Part shown: positions 52,722 through 64,000 of the stretch, piece by piece
Position numbering within the stretch: the first letter of the stretch is position 1
Layout: every line of letters begins with the position of its first letter
NCBI GenBank assembly: GCA_002633005.1
Contig: NMRA01000346.1
Location: forward strand, 118,116 to 182,115
DNA: 64,000 nucleotides
Source of the DNA: Phoronis australis
Lineage: Eukaryota; Animalia; Phoronida
Direction: 5' to 3'
The notes under the pieces: generated by a model
The model's database searches: none
Told to the model about the DNA's origin: nothing
Seen by the model: the letters and a program-made list of their open reading frames with translations, nothing else
Made by a program: the position numbers and the translations under genes

Positions 52722-53140
52722 GTTAGTCCTATTTCAAAATTATACAGAGCCGTGGTCGGAGGGTCAACATGGCCAAGTTCAAAGTTAGATAAAATATGAA
52801 AGAAGCATCAAAACTATGGATATTTCATGTACGTAAATGTAATATGTTATCAGCAATTGTTCTCAATTTTCTGCTGCAAATTTGGCCAAAAATCAACATC
52901 ATCAATTTAGTTTGTAACACGATTTTAAAAACTTAGTTTGTATCTTAGTTAAAAATGTTGTAATTTCCACTAGTTTTACCGAGAAGAATAATTAAACAGT
53001 TCAAGGCCATCAAAAGTTTTTAAATATACTTTCGAACTTTACACAATCTCCAGTATAGGTTGCGTAAAATGTTTCGCAGGAGCAAAATTGTGCGCTATTG
53101 TCGACAACAATACGTGAGCCTATAGCACCCACACGGTGTG

Positions 53141-53200
53141 CACCTGTTCAAAGGATATTCACCTGCGCCTCACCTGTTCAAAGGATATTCACCTGCGCCT
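53141..53200 (+). repeat. Perfect 30-bp tandem duplication
   Basis: CACCTGTTCAAAGGATATTCACCTGCGCCT x2. Confidence 0.9.
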
Positions 53201-53668
53201 ATAAGCGAAACTTAGGCACATGACTGTGCCTTACGCGAAACACTTTGGTAAACAATTTCTTTAAGAAAACGCATTATGCCGAATGATAGGGTCTCGTGCT
53301 TAAATACTCGCACACACGGTAGGCCCGCACATTTGAAGCAATGGCGCCAGGTGCGAAATATTTGACTAAAGCGAGAGTAAGTTTTTAAAGCAAAATGCGA
53401 AGTGACGGGTTATTAATTAATTTATTAGTTGAAATTTACTTAAAGACACGCACAAGCACCGAGGCGAAAATGATAGCACAATAGTAAATGGGGCTCGGGC
53501 AAATACATGTATTGTTTCGTTGAAAAAACGCATACAATACGGTAGTTGCGCACTGATTGTCTTTCATCAGTGCAAACTACTCCATCTGTTGACAGTGACT
53601 AAAACATGAGGTGTGTACATGTATTAACATGGCGCCAATTCAACCCAACCTTCTCTTGTGTATTGCAG

Positions 53669-53935
53669 GCGTGTTCGATACATGAAATCAAAGTCTGGCT
53701 TTAGAGAAAAATTTTTGTACAATAACATCGTATACACCATAGCCGGACTGGTCGCTGAAAAACTTTCTGGACGTTCGTGGGAAGAAACGATAACGGAAAA
53801 AATACTGGGACCCCTGCAGATGACGTCAACATCCTTCTACGACAGAGACGCCCCCGACTGGCCAAACTACGCAAAGCCATACGCGCGTAGCAATGACAGC
53901 CTAACACCTTCTCGAATTAGTCCGCTTTGTGTCAG
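53669..53935 (+). CDS. Beta-lactamase-fold serine hydrolase, exon 3
   Basis: Acceptor TTGCAG|G, donor AG|GTAAA. FREKFLYNNIVY (YxN motif)...EKLSGRSWEE...ILGPLQMTST. Confidence 0.93.
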
Positions 53936-55563
53936 GTAAAATTGTTCAATTACAAATTAACACCAGTCACGTGCACAAACACTGGCGCAAATGTCTGCCA
54001 CTTTCTGTTTCCTTACCCATGACATTTTTTAGCCATAACACTCACAATTCGAAAAATAAAATTGTCCCTGTTGAGACTGTGAGTGACACTCGAGAAGAAA
54101 TTTTCTGCGAGCAACTTTAAGTCACCAATCATGCCACCTTTACGCTCAATAGCGGAATCCCACGCGTTTTAATATGAGTGATATTATTAGCCTCAGTTGC
54201 TGCGTGGAATGAGTAGATACTTACTCGGCGCAGCAACTGAGGCCTCATGGAAATATTTACTCGGGGCAGCAACTGAGGTCTCCTGGGAGAACTAGATTCT
54301 AATCTTGTCTTCACTGGCTGACAATCACACATCGTACAAAGATGTCTCCCACTCCTCTGAGCTCGGTCTTACTAGTGAATGTATGCTAGGGTGTGAAAAG
54401 TAACCTGTATATAATGCAAAAACAATTTCTGGGGATGTGCTCATATTAAAAAATGATCACATCTTTTTAGTAAAATTCATCAGCAATAAAATATCAAAAT
54501 AACATGATAAATGTCATTTGATATAAAGGCACAAGATGAAATCTGAAAAACACCAAGATGTCAAAATGCAACTTTTGGATTGTTTCATGAAAATTACAAA
54601 AACAACTCATAATTGGTAGGTGCTCTGATAAAAGCGGAACATTCTAAAAACAATTCCTAATGCCGATCTGGAAAGCAGTACAAAAAATTACATGGGAAAG
54701 TTTCCTATGAATCCGATCTGCCATTTCTAGGACAGGGTGTTCCGAAGTAAGTCACATTTTGGAATATTTTTATTAGGTCTTACATAATCGTAATTGGGTA
54801 GCGTGACTGTCTTTATGAAAATATTAAACCAAAAAACTTCATTCAGCAAAACGCAATAGCCCTCTTATGTTGCTTGTCAATAACGTTTAATGAAAATTCT
54901 TTTCAATGAGACGAAGAGTGTCTATTAAAATTGTAAGCGGACAACACTGTAACGTGATAAACGAAGCCATAGGAAAGCTACGGTATCGATAACATAACCA
55001 TATTTCTTTCCATAGAAATATTCATGATGAAATCTCATGAACACAAATACTTTTTTTCTAAATTATTATTTCCGTTCTATGGAACTTTAATCTTTTTTCA
55101 TTAAACTGATGAAGTTTTGTTTTCGATAATCGGTCATTTAAAACTGGAGCCTCCAAAACAACTCTTAAAAGAGATTTGGAGCACTGTGCTTAAAACAGGG
55201 CATCACAAAATCTTACTTGAATATGATCAGCAATTTCTGAGATATGATGCTCCGAAATTAGCCAAATTCGGAGATATTTCAGGGATCCCACACAATTGCA
55301 AATCACAATGATTAGATTTGCACATCAAGAACAAGAAACTTATATATAAAGAGTGTAGAATAAAAAACATTCTTACGATGGACAACATTTCAACTGTACT
55401 GCGGCAGTTCTTCAAAAATACGGTGAATATACCACCATGATGGCCTTGGAGCAGCACAACGCGGTAGCATTGTGTCATCAACCCATGAATTAAACTCTCG
55501 AAGATGAATTCCTGAACTAAATAGGCCTCCACTTGTGATTACTTTATCATTCCTTCGTTTCAG

Positions 55564-55814
55564 CGGCTGTCAGGCTGCTGGTCCTGCTGCATCATTATCA
55601 TCGACAGCCCGAGACATGACAAAATGGCTGAAGTTCCTTGTTTCCAAGGGCAACACCAGTGCGAGAGTATCGCTTCTGGACGAGAACCGTTTTATGTCAG
55701 TTTTCGATCCAGTCGTCGCGCACGATCAGATGTTTAACATTGAGATGCCGGAAATGCCAGTCACCCACAGTAACTTCGTTTACGGCAGAGGGTGGTTTTT
55801 GAGTCACTACAGAG
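55564..55814 (+). CDS. Beta-lactamase-fold serine hydrolase, exon 4
   Basis: Acceptor TTTCAG|C, donor G|GTTTGT. GPAASLSSTARDMTKWLKF...YGRGWF. Confidence 0.92.
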
Positions 55815-57916
55815 GTTTGTTATTTTCAAAGAGTGGTCCATTTTGGGACAGTTAATTATAGGTGTGCTCTTGCTATCGTGTTATAAGACAGTATTCTGGC
55901 ACAGATGGAATACAAATACAGCGTTATAGCGGCATTCAAACCTTGTTTTTTTCTAGAAACAAGTTTTGATTTATGCCACTCGCCGCCATATTATTAATCT
56001 TATCTTGTTCCTTAATCAGTTAAGAAGCGATCGCTTGGCTCAGAAAGAAGTGACTGATTTTTTCAGTCCAAATTTCAAGTCAGTTTTATGGGCTGAACAA
56101 ATAGCGTACTGATAGGTTTTTGCGAACCCTGAAATTAACATCATTTTCACTAAGGAACAATTTGAGACCAGGTTCATAGCTATGTAAGTAGTAAGGGTTT
56201 AATGCCGCTTTAACTTTACTGAAATGCAGTAGACAGCAGAAAAGTGAATGTCAGAAATGGTGAACGTTTCTTAGCTGTAAAAAGATGATGGGACAACTTG
56301 GCACTACGTCCCTTCACGACTACCCATCATGTTGTCAAGATGTGTCTAAAAAGTGTCTTGTTTCAAGTTGGACATCTTGAAAAGTTCAAAGAACTCGACA
56401 TTTCAGCAACCACTTATTGTTCTGCACACCCAAGTTGTACTACATTCGGAACACCTCAAGTAAGCCTCATCCCCAAGCCTCAAGATGGCTGATCGGTTTA
56501 TTCATTTGATGCTTGATTATGGGAAATGAAGTGAGCCAAAATTCTGACACATTTTTACGGAAGTCTCCGGAATATCACGAGTAATATAAAGTTATTTCAA
56601 CTTTGAAATTTTTTAGGTATAATAAACAAATGAAAACTAACGGTATGCTTAGCTGCATCAATTTATGTCTAAATTATTGCAAAATGATATATTTTGATTC
56701 GAAAACAGATAAATTTATACGATACTATTAATAAAAACGAATTGAAAGTAAGTAGGCCAACAACCTGTATTTCAAAACAATAACCAATGCCTTCTGCCTC
56801 ATGAATGGCAGCAAGAAAGCCTGTGAAAATAATTAAAATCTGCTTGTGTTTTAATGACGTCAAGGCTGCGGCCAATCTTTGCGCAGAAGGTATTTCCTCA
56901 AATGCGATCAGCGCCATCTTTAGGCTTGGGGACGAGGCTGGCCTCAAGTTCCCCTGGGAGGTGATTTCTATAATGCGCACATGCAAAGTTCAGCCACACC
57001 GCATCCCATGTGACGTGGAAAATGATTGGCCGTGTGATTGACGTTCGAAAATTCGCGTACTGATAACGTTCACTTCCGAGGGGAAATTTAAGTCTAGTAC
57101 GAAAATATCAAAATGTTGATTTTGGTATTGTTTAACGGAATGTTCAGCTTCAACAAGATAAAATGCTAGATACGATTGAGCATGGTGCTAGTTTGTCATT
57201 CATTCGAAATCATTTATTCAGAAAACATTTTACAACAATAATATGCATAACCAAAAACTCGAAATTATTGACAAAAAAATCTTTCAACGGCTGTGAAAAA
57301 ACTGCTGGTTTCAGGGACCATATAAAGACAAAATAAGTACACGTCCGCTGACCCGACTGGCCTCTGATTGCCTGAAATCCGGCACTACAACTTGGGATAT
57401 AGCGTCATGTTGACAAACTTAGTGTGGAATATCGCGGTGCATTCGTGCCGTCCGCAGGCCAGATGTCACTATTTTCGATCTCGCTTGTCAGACTTTGTTG
57501 AAACCATGCACCTTGACCATGAAGGGAGCACAAGATAAGCAGTACTTTAAAGCAGTTAAGAACACGAAACGAAAAACCAAGAGAAAAGAAACATCAGTGA
57601 TCGTGTAATAAAACACATAGTTAGACCGATTTCTCAGTCGTGCATGGTGAAGAGCAGCATTGCCTTTAGACTCTAGCATCGGTGCTCTCCCTTACTAATG
57701 GTATGCGTGTATAACGTTCTGAACTTCGAGGTGGTTTCTGAGCAATAACGAAATTTCAGAAGTTCTAAGCCCAGAAACCACTTTTCATCCGAGCAAGAAA
57801 CACGTTGTGTCCAGTTTTATAGTGACAATTAGTCTAGATTAATTGTTCGTTCTCTGACGGAGCACTAGTTAATAACCAACATGTTTCATTTCATGGAATA
57901 AGATAACTGCGAACTT

Positions 57917-58471
57917 GTTTACCAGGTTGTACCCTTGTGCAAATATCCTAAATTCCGTTAGCTCAAACCCCTACAAAGTATATATTTTCTGAAAGGTAAA
58001 ATAAATTTCCTGACAAAAGTTATTACTCTTTTTCACTTGTTTTTATTTTTACGAGATATGCGTATTTATTAAACCATTTTTACCTTGAACGGAGATTTTA
58101 AAAATATTGTTCCTCCAATGAATCTTATTGGTCTTTTGTCAACTCGTTGATTACAACATTTTCGAGCGACGTTGTCTCAGATTTTTGGAACGAAGACTAC
58201 GAAAATCAAGACTGCGGCCGTTTTCAAAAATCTGAGACGCCGTTCCCTCGAAAATGCCGTTATCAACATGTTGACAAAAGACCAAAATGACTGGAGGACC
58301 AATATTATTTTTTACTAAAAACGTATTATCTCGTCAAAAAATAACATCAAGTAACTAAGAATAGCAAATTGTAGTTAGGAAATTTATTCGCTTTTCAGAA
58401 AATATATACTTTGTAGGGGTTAGAGTTAACAGAATTTTAGATATTTACACATAAGTACAACCTGGTAAACA
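57917..58471. mobile_element. ~555-bp foldback MITE (nearly whole-length palindrome)
   Basis: TGTTTACCAGGTTGTAC...AACCCCTACAAAGTATATATTTTCTGAAA...GGTCTTTTGTCAAC...GTCTCAGATTTTTG is mirrored by CAAAAATCTGAGAC...GTTGACAAAAGACC...TTTCAGAAAATATATACTTTGTAGGGGTT...GTACAACCTGGTAAACA. Confidence 0.9.
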
Positions 58472-58511
58472 TGGTTTACTGTTACTTTAATACCCATTTT
58501 CAATTTGCCAG

Positions 58512-59257
58512 GTTACAGAGCTTATTGGCACAGTGGAACTCTTTATGGACACGAGACCTTTCTTACCTACATCCCGTCGCAGTCAGCCGCCATTTACACA
58601 AGCGTAAATGTAAAAGGACCTTCTGCTCGCTATGCTCAAATGGTTCTTCATGACTACATAAGTGATGCAATAATTGGAAAGCCAGCGTGGGTGAACTCCA
58701 CAACAGCGTGCACTTTTCCGCGGCCGTGGAAAGCTTACAGTGAGCACCCTAAACCAGAATTTCCTGTCAATAAAGACATACCACCAACACGCCCTCTGGC
58801 TGATTATACCGGAATGTTTGGGCATCCCTTATACGGTAACGTGACGGTGTTGGTGAACCAATCCAACTCTTACTTGCAATTGAATTATGGGAAAATCGGG
58901 AGATTTTTGCTTTATCCTACGGGTGAGAACCAAAAATTCTATGTCGAAGCTCAGGAGCCCTTGTCATTTCTTTTGGGATTGAGCAGTAAGCACGCGGAAA
59001 AAACGTACGTTCAGTTCGAGCAAGAGCAAAACGGATACACAATCGAAAAGGTGCGTGTTACTTTTTTCAACTGGAATAACTCGCCTGTGTTTTCAAGGAA
59101 TTTGAAATTTTTCGACGTACCTCGCGAGCGTGGTACACGCTCACACTATCACTTTGTTTCAGGAAGCAGCGTGCAAACTGCCTCGTACGCAACAGTCGTT
59201 TTCGTCTCCTTCCTCATGGTGTCGACATGTTTTCTAGAAGCAACGAAAACATGTTAA
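58512..59257 (+). CDS. Beta-lactamase-fold serine hydrolase, exon 5 (terminal)
   Basis: Acceptor TTTGCCAG|GT. GYRAYWHSGTLYG (HSG triad), ACTFPRPW, PLADYTGMFGHPLYGNVTV (DUF3471-like domain), hydrophobic tail YATVVFVSFLMVSTCFL, stop TAA. The five exons total 1761 nt, or 586 aa plus stop. Confidence 0.93.
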
Positions 59258-62200
59258 AAGGTGTCTGAAATCCAGACCACTTAAATGATTTCTGCGAGTC
59301 GTGATAGCTGTCGCGCACCTGAAACTTTCCGGAACACATTATGTATTTTTGGAACCTACAATTTCTCCTAGGAAGTATTTCTTAATCGGACATGTCCAGC
59401 CTTCAACCACATGGCCAATCACTTTCCAATGGAAATACGTTGGTTTGCGTTACGTTGTGAGTGACGATATCTTACGAAGCCTTCAGACCAATCAGTCGAA
59501 TGGGAAAAAGCGATTCTGCGAACAGACACTAGATGGAGTTTCCGCTTGGGGCAAACTGGCTATTTATGATTTTGATAATATTGACGATTGCCTTAAATTT
59601 TAACGCGGCATGACAGTTTACAGTGTAAGACGTCTCAAAGATTTTAATAAATTAAGTCTATTAACAGTAATAGCACACATGTTATTCACTTTTCGGAAGC
59701 ACTTTTTCGTAGCGTTGAAAGTGGGTGTCACTTAAGTGCTTCCACAAGTTAGTTTGGGGGCTGTGGACACTGAAATATATGTTTGTGGGTAGATCTTGGA
59801 TGTGTGAACAAATTTAAGAAATCTCTCTAATGGGCCTTTTTCATTTTGTGTTCTAAAAATGATGTCCCAATGTTGCGTGTTCTACATTTTTTGAAGGAAT
59901 GTTTTTGTGATTTCGTTAAATTCAAAATAGTTTCAATAGAACTTATTAATGAGGATCAACATCTAAGGGACCATACTGCTGTATTACATATCCGTATTAC
60001 CATTTCACCCATTGAGCGTTTATAAGTGACCGTGGCACAGAGGTTACGCAGGTACAAGTGACGTCATATTTGGCCTGGTGCCAATACCCAAAATGGTTGA
60101 CGTTTTAGAGGCAACGTTTATGCTGACATGAATAATTTGTATGATTTTTGATGAAATATTCCAATTCAGCTTTTATTTATAAACAATTCTTCTGAATTAA
60201 AGGCTCGAGACTGTATGAAGCGGTCGAACTGAAAATTATTATTTTCACCTTGAAGGCAAAAGTCTACATCATAGGAAAGACAAAGATGAAATATGACCAA
60301 AATCGCATGGTGCATTCAAAAGTTATCACTATTTATGGGTAAAATTTATTTTTGACTTTATTTTGGTCGGGTCGGCCATCTTACGATATCAGCGGCATAG
60401 GTTACGGGTTTAGTGTGTTTAAATATATTCACAAATACTGTAGTAGTAAAGTCTAGTAACACATATCCTTGCCCACCATTCCGTGTAATGCAAGAACTTA
60501 CACCAGAATTTAAGGACGCAGGTGTAATCTATTGAGTGGTTAAAGTTCTCACAAGTCACGTTGGACAACATGGCGACTTTTCTGAACTGAAAGTCCTGAC
60601 CAACCGACTACATTGTCATCATTTTAAATTTAACTATAGTAGATTTGTAGAAACATTGCTACAAAAAGCAGTTTTGTTCAATTTCCCGGTGCTTGTGTCA
60701 TAACTATAATGAATCTTCTATTTATTTCAATGTGAAGTGGCCATTCAATAGCCCTTGCATTCTGCTAAAATTCTGTTGAAATTATTTTAAAATCGTTTTT
60801 TGTTTGAAAGTCAACTTTTGTTCAAGATATGGTTATGTATCACAACAGAACCTATATTTTCTAGATTTCATGCATAAATTGTGATTTTGATTCATGTGAT
60901 GTAACTAGTTACTTTCTAGGTCAAGATATATAGTATCAAAGCAACAAAATGTGAAGAATCTTACTTCATTTACAGACATAGGTTACATTAGGATTATGAA
61001 GTGTGAAGCTTACCCGAATTTTTGGGCCTCATAACTTCATATTATTTACTATCCTGCTTGTCAAACTCTAGTTTACGGAGATCGCTGTTACGGTACTCAG
61101 TCGCCATGGTAACAATCATGTATGTCGACTTTGAATACTGACCTTGAGCTGGCTCAGCATGTATTGCTAAAAATTTCCAGTTAAGTTACTTACTGTGGCA
61201 AAAAGCTTTTAGGATCACTTAAGTTTACGTACTAATTTGTAATGAAATCTATTTGCTATGTGTAAGCCTTAGTTACAATGAAATTTTGAAACCCATGTGT
61301 CCAATATTTTTAAGAGATATCATTTTTATTTGTGACAAAGTCAGATTTGGTTGGAATCGGTTAAAAATTAGCATCCTGTAAAAATGAAAGAAAAACTCAG
61401 ATTAAAGTGACTTTATATATTTTATGTAATGATTATCAGGTAATAAGGTGGACACTACCAGGACACCAGTTAGCAGCTGACGAGGGGAGGGCACAGGTTG
61501 GTTAGATATATGAATGGTTTTCAAAGTGCGAAATCTGTCACTGACTGGTGTGGCAGCACAGGTTGGACTCATTCGAAAACTTGCATGTAAAAATATTAGT
61601 TTTTGGCCAGATTAGAAGTAAAAAGCAGAAAACGGAAACGACGCTAGAGTGCAGCATGCAAACGACGTTTTCATATTAATCAAGAGACGTCCTCAGGTAC
61701 AATAGTAGACAGAAAACAAAATATCGCAACAGAATAGTAGATTAATATCGAAACGTCCTTCTCAAACATGCATGTGCCATCGTTTCATCGACGGAAATGT
61801 TTTGGCAAATTTCATAAAATAGACATGAAGAACTTAGTTATAGAAACTAACACAAAGCTACCAGCAGTAGTCGAAGTGTCTAAAAATTGACGTCGACAAA
61901 TTTGAATACAATGAAATCACATTTGCAAAAAATAATAAAGGTCCTTTATAAAGGTTTATGAGATACAGCTGCATACGTCCTGTAGTCAGGCAATGTAAAA
62001 TACGTGATGCTATGTCTTTTCTATCGGCTGCTGCTTGGAGACAAACGAAAAGCCTATTTTTTATGCGCCCACAAATTTATATGTTCTAACTTAAGAAATA
62101 ATGGCTAAAAATTTCACATTAACAGGAACAACTTTTTCAAGGTCTGTGTCGGTGACCCTAGAGTCGACCGTTTGGTACTCTTGTGGAATGACAGTTAAAA

Positions 62201-62766
62201 CTTTCAGAGTTTTTGCAAGTCTCTCGAATTCGTCCCCAACCCCACGATTTCAACAAGAGCCACATGGAGCGCTGATATCAATAGCATACATAACAGATAC
62301 AAGAGAAGATAACATTCCCACCAGAGGAAGCAATACTGTTAAACTTAAAATAGGTACTCTGGGGCCGTTAAACACGTCAGCTAGTTGCTTAGACTCGTCC
62401 CAGCCTCCAACGCGCAGTCTGCTTCGTGTTAGCTGAAAATATAATTAAGTTCCTGACTGCTTTGACGTCCTCATTAATTGGAGAGTCACGTGAGTTGACT
62501 AGGGAGGTAGACGTCGCTTCAGTTGCGGATTTTCTTCGAGCAAACACCAGCGCAGTATATGCGTACAGTGAAATCAAAAAATGGTCCCGCAGTACAGATA
62601 ACTGTAATAAAAAGAGCAGAGAATCCTTGTTAGGAGGGCCAGTCTTCTTTGCTAAGTTACGTGTCGCTGTTTCTATGACCCGTCAACAGCTAGAATAGAC
62701 CAGAACCGGTACTACATGTAGTGCATGGTACAAGTCTAAGCTAACCTCTCCTCTGCAGACCATTGT

Positions 62767-62925
62767 AGGGGCGGATCCAGGGTTTTGAGATACTGGGGGG
62801 CTTTCAGGGCAGAATATTAGCCAGGATTTTGCCCATCAGACATTCGCTTCCCCGAATTGCCAAATAGAATCTGAGAGAATTTTAGGGGGTGATGGCCCCC
62901 TTGGCTCTCCCCTAAATCCGCCACT
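62767..62925. mobile_element. ~160-bp MITE, copy 2
   Basis: AGGGGCGGATCCAGG ... CCTAAATCCGCCACT. Homologous to 25804-25961. Confidence 0.75.
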
Positions 62926-63540
62926 ACAATATGATAAGATCTCGTTAATATTCATTTGGAATACAAAAGCGAGGTTAAGCATGGCAATGTAATGGGTGTC
63001 TTCACTTCGTGTAAATTCGATTTGTTTGTACCTTGTTTCGTTGAAGAGTTCATCCAAAGGGGCTTCAGAAACTCCGTGTACAAACAGTTGAACAAAAGAT
63101 TGAAATATTGCACAGAGAAGTTTATACACGGAGTGATAAATTAATATCGTATCGTCACGGCAACTGTAGTCTGTATTGATTCAAGTCTGGGCTTCGAGTA
63201 TTTCGTGGTCTCGTAAACTGGGGAAAGTTTGTAACAACATTAGTGACGTGATTGGTTGTACAATAACACACAGATCAATGTCGAGTCCCCCCGTTAGTGA
63301 TATTCAAAGTAAATTACCCAGACGAGGCTCACGAATAGTAGGAAACTCGAAGAACAAAAAAAAAAAAAAAAAACCGCTAGCAGAAGCCAATCGTGAAGCC
63401 AAGATTCAGGCGTACTTAGATTCAGTTGAGGTAGGTTCTGTGGAGCATAAGTGGAACGCCCATGGCGTACTACTAAGTCTTTTAGATGAACGAAAAATTT
63501 CAACACTGACCGCAAGACTAACAGTTTATGGGACACTTAA

Positions 63541-64000
63541 AGGCGAAGGCAACCTTTTTCCATGTCATATTGAGCTCAAATAAGGTTGGTTGGTTATCCT
63601 AAACATATTTTCCACTTAATTACAGCTTTTCGTAATTTTATTAATTACTCGTCCGCTACTGCGGAAGTGACGTTTTAGGAGGCAAGCATTTCGCGCCAGT
63701 TTCTTTTCATATAGTCTGACGGTGAGAGCTGCCGAGTCAGTCATTGTTCTACCTCGGTTGTGTTAAGTTCCGTCGTCGTTTGCTTTCTTTTACTAGTCAG
63801 TCAACATGCCACACTGTTGCTGAGTACCGGAATGTACTAGTTATCGGCTCACGCGCGCTTTGGGAGTACCTTTGCATGGCTATCCGATGGATGACACAAT
63901 TCGCCGTACTTGGCTCGTTCGTGTGAAGAACACAGCGTTACCCGTCCACACAACGTACAAAGCAGTGGAGAATTACCGTGTGTGTGGCAAGCACTTTCTG
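63541..64000 (+). mobile_element. Second Kolobok-like element copy, opposite orientation, runs off the window; THAP pseudo-ORF from 63806
   Basis: TTAA|AGGCGAAGGCAACC TIR, as at 48577 and 49812. Translates to MPHCC*VPECTSYRLTRALGVPLHGYPMDDTIRRTWLVRVKNTALPVHTTYKAVENYRVCGKHFL. Confidence 0.87.

Noticed and set aside
43675-59257. Bacterial contamination or antibiotic-resistance gene
   Set aside because: The gene has four GT-AG introns filled with host-type transposons. The beta-lactamase fold alone does not imply resistance.
62101-62698. ORFs 62101-62436, 62389-62577 and 62426-62698
   Set aside because: No recognisable motif or splice pattern. May be decayed repeat sequence.

Overview
This window is animal (invertebrate-type) nuclear DNA, not prokaryotic. 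It is AT-rich, spliced and repeat-dense, with three assembly gaps (6132-6866, 8465-9201, 12061-13049). Three host genes are supported. (1) One internal exon of a paraoxonase/arylesterase gene (minus, 2780-2951). (2) The large first coding exon of an RBM47/A1CF-family RRM protein (minus, 24337-25068); I could not locate its downstream exons. (3) A complete five-exon secreted beta-lactamase-fold serine hydrolase (plus, 43675-59257, 586 aa, splice phases consistent) with SxxK, YxN and HSG motifs and a hydrophobic C-terminal tail. The rest is mostly mobile DNA: a 5'-truncated LINE inserted in a 34-bp minisatellite and carrying a nested tRNA-derived SINE with a TSD, a pogo transposase remnant, a decayed Gypsy pol interrupted by an element with a 110-bp palindrome, two copies of a TTAA-flanked Kolobok-like element (THAP domain plus a convergent KolX-like N-terminus), long foldback MITEs, and a dispersed ~143-bp-period repeat that carries a CTCF-like motif in each unit. 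No CRISPR array or rRNA was seen. Family assignments come from remembered motifs, not database searches.
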